Counted from the stretch's first letter, positions 27,330 through 39,136 are shown. The stretch: 64,000 nucleotides of DNA from Octopus vulgaris (GCA_951406725.2 OX597814.1:145452001-145516000); one strand, 5' to 3'. Notes: generated from the sequence alone by a model not told the origin. Translations and numbers: made by a program.

Positions 27330-27702
27330 ACGTATCCTATCAATCTCGCCCTTCAATCTTTTCTCTTGACAAGGAAAATATTTCTCCAGCGTTCACTATT
27401 TTACTCGCGTTCTGGTCTAACGACCCTCCATACTTGTTTTCGTTCCGTTTCCTTGTATGTCTCCTCTTTCCTGTTTTTGTCCCCAACTTTGACCCTCCAT
27501 AAATCCTGAATTTTATTTTCGTATTTGTGGGAACAACTGCCTCCAAAGACTTATATTGTCGTGCAATGCTCGAAATGAGGAGTAAATAGGCAGCCGACAA
27601 CTGAAGAAGGGTTGCTTGTCCTGTTTTCCATTTGTTTTTCTCGTTGTTTGCGGTTTGAACTGAATTGTTTTCGTATTTCATGTTGTTTTGTGACGTCCTG
27701 CA

Positions 27703-27746
<44 letters not shown>

Positions 27747-27750
<4 letters not shown>

Positions 27751-28607
27751 GCAATAAAAATGGTAAATAATTTTTCTGTGGTTTTTCATGTAACCAACAA
27801 TTATTTACCGGTAATTTTCGGTATGTAAATACGACAAATTTATCTTCAGGAACTTTGTAAGGTTCAGTATATAGTAAAGTAAATAAGAGGGCTAGCAGCA
27901 GGCTGTTTCGCCTCATACCGAAGGAATTAGAAATGGCAGTCAAAGACTGTTTTTTCCATTTCCTGTAAGTGGAGATTCCAAAAACGAAGGTCCGTGCGGC
28001 TCACATACACAAAACCGGAGTAGCAAATAGACGCAAACAGTCACTTACCGTTAATAACGAACACGTGTTTCTGGATCACAAATATAGAAAAGTAGTTTGA
28101 TTTCCGTCATCGGCGCTATATTCGATAGCTTTACCAATGCCACCGGCCCCCACTTCTGACCCAGCGACATCAGATAGTGGGGGGAAGTGCGCAGATGTTA
28201 AAACTAAGTAACGACTGGGAACGTAAATTTTCCCTCCAAAATTCTGCCATGCGCGCCTTCTGGGTAATCGTAATGGAATGAGGAATCCACATGGTAATGC
28301 AATAAAAATGGTAAATAATTTTTCTGTGGTTTTTCATGTAACCAACAATTATTTACCGGTAAATTTCGGTATGTAAATACGACAAATTTATCGTCAGGAA
28401 CTTTGTAAGGTTCAGTATATAGTAAAGTAAATAAGAGGGCTAGCAGCAGGCTGTTTCGCCTCATACCGAAGGAATAAGAAATGGCAGTCAAAGACTGTTT
28501 TTTCCATTTTCTGTAAGTGGAGATTCCAAAAACGAAGGTCCGTGCGGCTCACATACACAAAACCGGAGTAGCACATAGACGCAAACTGTCACTTACCGTT
28601 AATAACG
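27747..28607 (-). mobile_element. Retrozyme-like element 1: 313-bp direct repeats (27747-28059, 28295-28607), 548-nt period
   Basis: The repeats differ at about 6 positions and have no credible ORF. A hammerhead-like motif lies on the minus strand. Homologous blocks are shared with 34187-35099, and the 3' end runs into (TA)n. Confidence 0.8.
28054..28119 (-). ncRNA. Type I hammerhead ribozyme, core variant (U4C, 10.1-11.1 mismatch)
   Basis: Minus strand: AUAGCG [CCGAUGA] C GGAAAUCA...UGAUCC A [GAAA] CACGUG UU^ CGUUAU. Stem I is AUAGCG/CGUUAU, stem III is the palindrome ACACGUGU, the triplet is GUU. Confidence 0.7.
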
Positions 28608-28811
28608 TTAACACGCCGGGCGAAATGCGTTGCCGTATTTCGTCTGCCGTTACGTTCCGAGTTCAAATTCCGCCGAGGTCGACTTTGCCTTTCATCCTTC
28701 CGGGGTCGATAAATTAAGTACCAGTTACGCACTGGGGTCGATGTAATCGACTTAATCCGTTTGTCTGTCCTTGTTTGTCTCCTCAGTGTTTAGCCCCTGT
28801 GGATAGTAAAG

Positions 28812-28814
<3 letters not shown>
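28604..28814 (+). mobile_element. SINE family B lacking its first ~20 nt
   Basis: AACGTTAACACGCCGGGCGAAATGCG...core...GTAAAGAAAT; shares AACG microhomology with the end of the retrozyme-like repeat. Confidence 0.88.
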
Positions 28815-28859
<45 letters not shown>

Positions 28860-29569
28860 CTGCATATATATTATATATATGAATATACATACATATATAT
28901 ATACATACATACATATATATATATATATAATATCAAGCACTAGCTAGTTTATTTAATTTGATTAACCGCATAAATGCCTCTCTCTATATATCTTATGTAT
29001 ACACACACACGCATATATATATATATTATATGCACGTGTATATAAGTATATTCGTGTGTGCGTGTATATATGCATGAATGTATGTATGTATGTATGTATG
29101 TATGTATGTACATATGGGTGCGCTTGTTCTTTAAATGTGTATGACTTTTGAAATTTCATCGCATTTATTAATAACAAATATTATTATAATTACGAAAAAA
29201 TAATTTAAGGCGTATACATTTCACTAAAACAAATAACGATACTTCACTCTACTGTAGTTCGAAAGCCCGACCCTCTAATTACCATATCCGTTTACCATTT
29301 CTCACTAAAAATACGAACAGATAAACTGCTGAGAGCAGCAGAAATTTTGCGTCACAAAATATTGAAATAAATAATAATAATAACAACATTTTGTAAGCTA
29401 CCAAACAATAGAGTAAAATATATAGAATAATCATCACCACCAACACTATCGTCGCCACTACCATCACCACCACCGCCACCACCATCATTATCATCATCAT
29501 TAACATCGTGGTCATCGTAGTCGTTATCGTCTTCATCATATTCCTCCTCCTCCTCTTCATCATCATATA

Positions 29570-29670
29570 TTTTTTTAAATACGTCAGATACACACATATG
29601 TACCCAAATGTGCATATACTTATACATAAATGTATATATATATAAAAATAGTAAAAAAAAGAGTACACAC

Positions 29671-29769
<99 letters not shown>

Positions 29770-30091
29770 CATATATATATATACATATATATATATACAT
29801 ATATATACATACATATATATATATATATGTATGTATTTTTTTAAAGATGTCAGATACACACATATGTACACAAATGTGCATATACTTATGCATAAATGTG
29901 TATATATATATACATACACACATATATATATATATACATATATATACACATATATATATATACATATATATATACATATATATATATACATATATATACA
30001 TACATGTATATATATGTATACATATATATATACATATATATATATATATACATATATATATACATGTATATATATGTATATATATATATAC

Positions 30092-30155
<64 letters not shown>

Positions 30156-30510
30156 ATACATCTGTCTCTGTGTGAAGAAATTATTTATCTAAATACTCTT
30201 ATAGAATTTTTTAAAATCTCACTGAAATAAGGAAAAAAATTCTACAGCAAAAGAAACAAGTTTAAAAAAAAGTACTCATCCAGTAAAAAATAATATTCAA
30301 GAAATACTAATCGCTTGCTATACTTGAACTTCGAAAATGTGAATAACAGAAACATTCCATTGAAAGATGATTTCAAAAAATATTTAAGAAGATTTTGGAG
30401 TAGATGTTTATAAACACGAATATCTGTGTGTGTCTGCGAGTATGGAAATGAGTACATACATACACCCACCTCACACACACACGCAGACACGCAGATACAC
30501 ACACACAAAC

Positions 30511-30545
<35 letters not shown>

Positions 30546-30558
30546 CACACACAGAGAC

Positions 30559-30591
<33 letters not shown>

Positions 30592-30656
30592 TATATATAT
30601 AGACTTATACGTATATCTGCACACATTGATGTAAAATTTGTATAAATGTATTTATG

Positions 30657-30717
<61 letters not shown>

Positions 30718-30913
30718 ATGTTTGTGTTTGTGTGTGAATAAATATATACATTTATTCATATATATGTATGTATCAACATGTATATATACGTATATATATA
30801 TGTATCTATATAAAGATACATATACATGTATAATATGTATATATGTATACATATGTACATATATATATATATATATATATATGTACATATATATAGATAG
30901 ACAGATATAGATA

Positions 30914-30947
<34 letters not shown>

Positions 30948-30984
30948 CACGGATGTAAGTATGTGAGTTTGTTTGTATATATGG

Positions 30985-31025
<41 letters not shown>
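29570..31025. repeat. Large compound TA/CA/TG/CT microsatellite field
   Basis: Directly visible; source of the many YI/CV/HT ORFs. Confidence 0.92.
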
Positions 31026-31026
<1 letters not shown>

Positions 31027-31582
31027 CTATACGCTTACGTAGTATTAACTGTCAGAAGAAAAAGTACTTAGGACCATAGAAGAGATTTATATTTTTTATT
31101 TTGGTTGGGTCAATCTGTTCCTACTCTGAAGTTTCTTCTGTATTCACCGAAGATTCGAGTATGATATCACACACACACACACACACACACACATACTCGC
31201 CTGCACACAACACATATCTTTGTGTAAATGTGTGTAAATATATACACCAGTGTGTGTGTGTATCTTTATCTGTCTCCACCACGCCTAACAACCGGTACTG
31301 GTGTGTTTACATCCTCGCAACTCAGCAGTTCAGCCCAAGCGATAGATAGAATAAGCAGCAGGCTTTAAAAAAAAATTAAAACTGGACCTGTTGTCAATTT
31401 ACTGGAACATAATTCTACAAGGCGGAGTCCCAGCATGTCCGTAAGCTAATGACTGAAAAAAAAACAACAACAAAAAAAACTGGTATTTAATTTATAGATG
31501 AAATGCAGAGTCGACCACGGCGGAATTTGAACGCAGAAAGTAAAGACGGGTAAGACATTTGACCGGCGTGCTAACGATTCTT

Positions 31583-31990
31583 AATTCTTTATTGCCCACA
31601 AGGGGCTAAACATAGAGGTGACAAACAAGGAGAGACAAACGGATTAAGTCGTTTACATCGACCCCAATGCGTAACTAGTACTTAATTCATCGACCCCGAA
31701 AGGATGAAAGGCAAAGTCGACCTCTGCGGAATTTGAACTCAGAACGTAACGGCAGACGAAATACATATTTCTTTACTACGCACAAGGGGCTAAACACAGA
31801 AAAGACAAACAAGGACAGACAGACGGATTAAGTCGATTATATCGACCCCAGTGCGTAACTGGTACTTATTTAATCGACCCCGAAAGGATGAAAGGCAAAG
31901 TCGACTTCGGCGGAATTTGAACACAGAACGTAACGACAGACGAGATGCCGCTAAGTATTTCGCCCGGTGTTCTAACGATTCTGCCAGATC
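31583..31990 (-). mobile_element. SINE family B dimer (preceded by a family A tail at ~31265-31458 and a decayed B piece at ~31480-31580)
   Basis: Two tandem cores and one head. Confidence 0.87.
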
Positions 31991-32699
31991 ACTCACTTGT
32001 CCATTCGCTCGTAATAATTACTAAGATATAGGCAAAAGATGTCAGGTTTCTGGAAAGGGACAGTGTTTATCGACCTCTGCACTTAAGAAAGATTCTACGT
32101 TAAGAAATACAATAATGTTATAAATAGAAAGGTAACTATCATTATGAATGGGACGAAGCGTAAAAGATGCAGGAATGGTGAGTATATCGGTTGCTGTCTC
32201 TGAAACTATTTGAAAATGTTTACGCAAATACAAAGAGAAACCTACTTATAGATATACGTTTATGTGAGAGTAAAAAGAAAGGAAGTCAGACAAAAAGAAA
32301 AGAATGCATAACATTATCTATGAACGTATGGAGATAGACCAATTGTGTGTATGTGTTGTTGTTTTACTTCTTTTTTTGTACTCTTTATAAACGAGCTTCG
32401 AGGCATCTCGAATGAAATGAAAGAATATTTTTCCCGTTTCGTTAGTTGGGGGTGAAACAGGGTAGATAATATTATGTTGATCTATGTTGATTTCGGTGCA
32501 GTGAAGCTAATGATAATTATAGAGATGGAAAGTACGAGAAAAACCTCCTGTCGAAAATTATTATGATGATTTATATGAATGTATATGCACGCATGCACGC
32601 ACATCTGTGCGCTAGTATGTGAATTTATATGTATGTAAATATACAATAATCACTGACATGAACATGGGCATATATATGTCTGTATGTAAGTATATTTAT

Positions 32700-32731
32700 G
32701 GATATAGAAACATATACACACATATATACAT

Positions 32732-32811
<80 letters not shown>

Positions 32812-32854
32812 CTGTGTATATCTGTATCTATATATGGTTATGTATAGTTATATA

Positions 32855-32902
<48 letters not shown>

Positions 32903-32998
32903 TAAATATATATATATACATATGTATGTATGTATGTATATATGTATGTATGTGTATATATATATATGTTTGTATATATATATATATATATATATGTT

Positions 32999-33035
<37 letters not shown>

Positions 33036-33184
33036 GTATATCAGTGTGTGTATGCATTTATGCATCTATACACACACACACACACTCACATGTATATGTA
33101 CACACATACACACACAAATATATATATATGAAAGTGTGTGTGTGCACGTGTATAGACAGATAGATAGATAGATAGGTAGATAGG

Positions 33185-33259
<75 letters not shown>

Positions 33260-33262
33260 GTA
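32700..33262. repeat. Compound (CA)/(TA)/(TAGA) microsatellite
   Basis: Directly visible. Confidence 0.92.
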
Positions 33263-33947
33263 GAGACATAGACCGATATCATGTATATTTAGGTATGTGA
33301 ATGTGCAGCTATTTCTGATTATACGTGAAGAGCGATGATGAAGATTCTTAGGTCAGTCTGTATTCCTGGACCGAGACTGCGGGCGCGTTTGATTGTTTGT
33401 GCGTCTATGTGTGTTTGTGTATATAATCTATTGTCCAAATTACGCATGCGTTAGATGTGTATTTTGTTTCATTCAATATGGTTTCATCAGATATTTGCCG
33501 TACTGGTGTACTCATGCTCATGTATGTCATTGTCCCATTTACAAACAGCGCGATACTAAAGAATGTGCGATCTTGAGGTGCATCCAAGCGATTTTGTATT
33601 GAGAACAGCAGTTGTTCACCTTCATATTTTTACCTTACAATTCCTTTGATCTTCCTGTATTTCTGCTGATTGTGAACTAAAGACCTGCATTTATGTTGAT
33701 GCGCGTTTAGGTATATCTATTGTACAGCTACGCGCGGTAGCAAATATGCGAAATATGCGAAATATTAGACATCATTTTCACAGCATGAACGGTACAGTGT
33801 ATCGGATATACAACCCATTAAAAGTCACGATCAGAAGTCATTAAAAGCAATAACCATCCAATTTTTCTCTGGTTGGTATCGATTACTGTTTACTGTAGCT
33901 GATGAATAATGCCGAATTATATATATATATAATGTATATATATAATG

Positions 33948-34034
<87 letters not shown>

Positions 34035-34136
34035 ATCATTACAGATATATGGTGAAGAATTATTAATTTGCTAAAATCAACAAATTTCACCTAGTAGTTT
34101 TTCGGTACGGAAAAGGAACATATTCGCTAAAAACTT

Positions 34137-34191
<55 letters not shown>

Positions 34192-34217
34192 TGAGACGCA
34201 TTTATTTATAATTGAAG

Positions 34218-34316
34218 AGTCCTACGCTGAAGAGGAAAATAGTTGGGTAAGACATAATTATTTAATTGTTATGCTTTCCTATGACTTAATTCCGAAACGT
34301 ACGTCCGTAAGTGACT
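34218..34316 (+). ncRNA. Type I hammerhead ribozyme, copy 1; predicted cleavage after C34305
   Basis: CCUACG [CUGAAGA 34227-34233] GGAA...long hairpin...UUCC [GAAA 34294-34297] CGUACG UC^ CGUAAG. Complete core, G10.1-C11.1 pair, palindromic stem III, GUC triplet, one mismatch in stem I. Confidence 0.85.
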
Positions 34317-34819
34317 TAATGTAGAATGATTATCGTCATTTCTTTCTCTTTTGCCTGCGTTGTTTGCCTTTTAAGTGCTGTGGTTTTACTGGGATCTCCC
34401 TTTTAAGTAGAAAGAATAGCCAAAACTCTTTGACTGCTATTTCTAAATTCGGTGTATGGTGAGGCAAATCGTTGCTAAACCCTTAATTACTTAGTATTAC
34501 TTAAACCTTCCTTGAATGGGTCTTTTACATGCCGAAATCTACTTGGTGAAATTAATGATTATTCCTAATTAATTTAATTTCACCCTATATTATTATTGAT
34601 AATTATATTTCATCCAAGTAAAAAAACTGTAGCATCTTATTTTGGCAGCACGCTGACGGAAGGGGGATGGTGACATACTTTCATTCACCCTTTGAATTTG
34701 GTGGTACTGGTAATGGCTTACGCTCGCTCTGATACCATGAGTTGAGGTGATGTCTTCTAGTGCCTTCAAATTTAATACACAGTTATTAATGATTGAGACG
34801 CAATTATTTATAATTGAAG

Positions 34820-34918
34820 AGTCCTACGCTGAAGAGGAAAATAGTTGGGTAAGACATAATTATTTAATCTTTATGCTTTCCTATGACTTAATTCCGAAAC
34901 GTACGTCCGTAGGTGACT
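34820..34918 (+). ncRNA. Type I hammerhead ribozyme, copy 2; predicted cleavage after C34907
   Basis: Same core (CUGAAGA 34829-34835, GAAA 34896-34899). Stem I is perfect (CCUACG/CGUAGG) and can extend through AGUC/GACU across a bulge. Confidence 0.9.
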
Positions 34919-35094
34919 TAATGTAGAATGATTATCGTCATTTCTTTCTCTTTTGCCTGCGTTGTTTGCCTTTTAAGTGCTGTGGTTTTACTGGGATCCC
35001 CCTTTTAAGTAGAAAGAATAGCCAAAACTCTTTGACTGCTATTTCTAAATTCGGTGTGTGGTGAGGCAAATCGTTGCTAAACCCTTAATTACTT

Positions 35095-35148
<54 letters not shown>

Positions 35149-35205
35149 CGTAAACAGGTACATGGATACATACATACATACATACATACATAAAAACATA
35201 TATAT

Positions 35206-35480
35206 ACTCTTTTATTCTTTTATGCATTTCAGCCCAAAGGCTCTGGCCATGCTGCGGCACCGCCAGTGTTATAGCCATTCTTATACGACTGGCTTTTGGT
35301 GCAGGAGGAACTTCGACATTACTGCAGTCTTATGAGTTTCTTGCCGTCATGATGGTTCATCTGGGACGTTGGACAGCAAAAGGTCGAGTCGTTTCCGGAA
35401 GACGTCTAACCTACTCCACGTAGATGCCGGAGATATTTTGGCAAGATATCAAATGGCTGTGGTTCCTTGATACTAGTAAT
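35206..35480 (-). mobile_element. CR1/L2-group LINE 3' end sharing its tail with SINE family A
   Basis: Translation PQPFDILPKYLR...DVFRKRLDLLLSNVPDEP...LLHQ is followed by GGCGGTGCCGCAGCATGGCCAGAGCC...CTGAAA...TAAAAGAATAAAAGAG. Confidence 0.7.
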
Positions 35481-35939
35481 CAATTCATATCGTTGGTATG
35501 ACGTGTATTCGACAACAGTTTGATCAAGTTCTACATTCCTTAAAAGTATAGAGGGTGGTGGATATATCTACCATGTCAAATATTCGGAGACACACTTTGG
35601 AATGTGGAGCTCAAACACGCATTCATAGCACATACTAAAAACGCAAACACTGATGCAAGCTCACGGGCAGACATACACACATACATATATCTACACAATG
35701 GTATGATGAAGTAATGAAACGTACTCGACAACGACGGAGAGCGTAAAAATATGTATACGTACACTCGTACACACACATCACACACATAGATACGTGCGAG
35801 CACATACACACACACGCGCGCACACACACACGTGCACACACACGCGCACACACACACGCATACGCACACACATACACAATGCACCCATATATATACTGCG
35901 CGTGTGTAAAGATTAATCTGAAATATATATACAAATGTC

Positions 35940-35967
35940 TATGATGATGATAATGATGATGATGATG

Positions 35968-36016
<49 letters not shown>

Positions 36017-36110
36017 TAATAATAATAATAATAATAATAATAAGAAGAAGAAGAAGAAGAAGAAGGAGAAGGAGAAGAAGAAGAAAAAGTAGAAGAGGAA
36101 GAAGAAGAGT
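35940..36110. repeat. (GAT)n-(AAT)n-(GAA)n trinucleotide array
   Basis: Directly visible. Confidence 0.95.
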
Positions 36111-36196
36111 GTTTCTGATAAAGATGTTGATGATGAATGTAACATACATTCCGATTTCTAAAGAAACAAAAGAATAGTTGACAAGACATTTCTTTG

Positions 36197-36243
<47 letters not shown>

Positions 36244-36548
36244 GGGAGTGGGTGAGAGAGAGAAAGAGATTGATAAATATGCACATATTTAGACATATAC
36301 ATAGATACACACACACACACACATATAAATTATTTTTATGCAGACGGAGAGAGAGAGAGAGAGAGAGAGAGATGTGTGGATGATACATATTCAGTAAACA
36401 CTGCTAGATAGTACACCTACGTATGCACATGATCTTGCACACATGCACAAAAACACAGACATGTATGCACACACAATAATAAATACGTAGACCTTCTCAA
36501 TTATATATTGACTTCCACTTTTTTCCTTACAACTGTTTTTGTGATTTG

Positions 36549-36629
<81 letters not shown>

Positions 36630-36673
36630 ATACATATATATATATATATGAAAACATACGCGCACACACACAC

Positions 36674-36713
<40 letters not shown>

Positions 36714-37196
36714 ACACACATGTGCGTGCGTGCTCGTATGTTTTCATATACATTATACCAATACACACGCATATTCAACTATCTATCTTTCTATCTATCT
36801 ATCTATTTATCTATGAATATGCATACATACCTACATATGCACCTACATACATACATATTCTTTTATTCTTTTACTCATTTACTTGTTTCAGCTGATTGAC
36901 TGTAGCCATGCTGGAACACCGCCTTTTAATTGACCAAATCGACCCCTAGATGTATGACGCTTCCACACTACTTTTGCTTGTGATAAGAGATGCACACGTC
37001 GTCAGCCACCAAAGAACATGCTCAACTGGCTAAGGTCAAACAACTGGCAAGCAAACCTGTAGTATTGAGCAGAATATTTGCTGTAGCCCATCTTTTATAT
37101 CAAGACAAAACAATGTACAAGACAAAACATTTCTAATCAGTTAAGATCAGAAGCCATGAAAGCCAGTGACTGGTACTGCATCAGTGCATTTATTAC

Positions 37197-38990
37197 TATT
37201 CCTTTCTAACACGGTGTAGGTAAAATGCACCGGAGTCTTTCGTCATTTGTCAAGTCAGAACAAGGACCTTAGACAGGTAATACTTTCCTTAAGATGCACG
37301 TTGTACCCAATAAGGCTGCTTGTTGCGGGACATCAATCTTGCATGGGATTTCCAGTAGCCTTAAGAAGTTTTGAAGTTTCCATGGGATTGAGCTCAACGT
37401 TCCGCTCCTCACTTTCACTCCTTATAGAATAGTCTATATTAATTAGTCCACTGCCACCATTATTTCTGTTCATATACAGTCTGTTTACGTTTGCTTTAGG
37501 GTGTAGCACCCCATGCAGCGTCATCAACTTCCTCGTCCTTCTATCCAGTAATGATATTTCTTCCTTAGTCCATTTGAGGATGGTCGCAATATATCTGACA
37601 ATAGAAACTGCCAAGATATTCATTGCGGTAGTCATATTTTTGGAATTCAGGTTGAATTTCAACACCATCTTCACCCTGACCTTGACTTTCATTTCTCTGT
37701 GCAGAATGTCATCGAGCTCCAAAATCCCTAAATAACTATATCCAGTACCGTCGGATTCACCCATGGTCTCTCCTGATGATAACTGCCATCCTCTGCAGGT
37801 TGCTTCCTTCCCTATTTTAATATTAAACACTGAGCATTTGGTAATCCAACATTCCATACCGATGTTCCTACCACACCTCTGGACTGTTTTGATTAAAGTG
37901 AAGATTGTCCAATGATTGGCCTATCTTCCCACATCGGTAACCCATCTTAACTTTCCTAAGTGTCATTGTTATGGGTATTAATGCAATTACCAAAATTGAC
38001 GGAGAAAACGAGTCACCTCGGAAGATTCCCATTTTAATATTAAATTCTCCAATGAATACGTTACTTGAGTACAATTTGGTTTTCCACTCTTTCATGCTAT
38101 GCATCAGCAAATTTGTGATGTTGTAAGCAACACCAAGCATCTGCAGGCATTCAACTATCCAAAAATGCGGCATCATATCATATGCTTTCTTAAAGTCAAT
38201 CCAAACCATAGACATGTTTGTATGATGTTTTTTACAATGCCTCAAAACTGTTTAATTGATGACCTGGTGATTTTTGATACCCTGAGAATTCTTACTACAT
38301 CCTTTTTGTTATCTTGGTAGTATTTCTTCATGTGCCAGGAAGACATATGTATTTGCCGCGGATATTCCAGTGAGTATCTTCCAGATTATGTTTAGGCATG
38401 CTATGGGACGGTAGTTTCCCATAATATTCCCCTTTCTTCTATCTTTCATTACAGATGTTGTCCTCTCAGTCACCTTTCACGCGGGAACTGTACCTTTCTA
38501 GGCACACTCATTTAATTGGGCTGCTAGTCTTTCATGCACCGCGTGGCATCTCTTCAGCCAGAAGCCATTAATCCCATCTGGTGTGTGTGTGTGTGTGTGG
38601 GGGGGTTCCCGTTAGGAACTTTACCCGCTTGTTCTTTCACATCACTCATGCTTATGACAATATTCCTTTATTTCTTTCCTTCTTGTAATTCTGTCATGAT
38701 AGTTTCTATCCACATTGCATCCTTTTTATGCACCACATTGTTTCCCTATGATCCGCTCCAGAACTCCTTGGCTTTATTTGCATCAGGATCAATATTTTCC
38801 CCATTGCCCCCTACTAGCGCCCGGAAGAATTGCTTCGGGTTAATTTTAAACAATCTATTCTCGAACTGCTTCTTTCTATACACAAATCTTCTGATCTTCT
38901 GTTTCTTTTGCCATGATCGTCTGTTTTAACTACTCTGTTACTGCATCAAACCCGTTCTTCCATATTTAATATGTCTTCTTTATTTTTTCC
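37197..38990 (-). mobile_element. R4/Dong-like non-LTR retrotransposon: decayed reverse transcriptase, internally deleted, with 3' end
   Basis: ORFs 37868..38245 (WIDFKKAYDMMPH, GIFRGDSFSP) and 37333..37857 (YSYLGILE, LDRRTRKLMTLHGVLHPKANVNRLYM..GGSGL). NYRPIAC-type motif near 38400-38415. The terminal QQAALLGTTCILRKVL lies near 37280-37330. Multiple stops and frameshifts. Confidence 0.88.
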
Positions 38991-39082
38991 TGCCAATATA
39001 TACCATGATCTCTAGTAGTATTAAACACACCTGCCACCATTTTTTCTTTTCATATACAGTCTGTTTACGTTTGCAGTTAACA

Positions 39083-39136
<54 letters not shown>
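39083..39136. repeat. (ATT)n microsatellite
   Basis: Directly visible. Confidence 0.95.

Larger units (their letters stand above)
34187..35099 (+). mobile_element. Retrozyme-like element 2: 311-bp direct repeats (34187-34497, 34789-35099), 602-nt period, one hammerhead per repeat
   Basis: Near-identical repeats (fewer than ten differences), no ORF, (TA)n on both sides, hammerhead core in each repeat. Confidence 0.88.

Noticed and set aside
27535-27615. GCTCGAAA...CTGAAGA as a type II hammerhead in the repeat-like block 27328-27706
   Set aside because: Stems I, II and III cannot be formed convincingly.
28345-28405. Second hammerhead-like string on the minus strand (CTGACGA...GAAA TTTACCGGTAAA TA)
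   Set aside because: Stem I and the base of stem II do not pair, the CUGA box is absent in element 2, and these bases are used by the conserved helices described in the findings.
34726-34737. GCTCTGATACCA, the reverse complement of the plant tRNA-iMet primer-binding site used by plant LTR retrozymes
   Set aside because: Wrong strand relative to the ribozyme, 52 bp from the repeat edge, not seen in element 1, and the repeats lack TG...CA ends; treated as coincidence.
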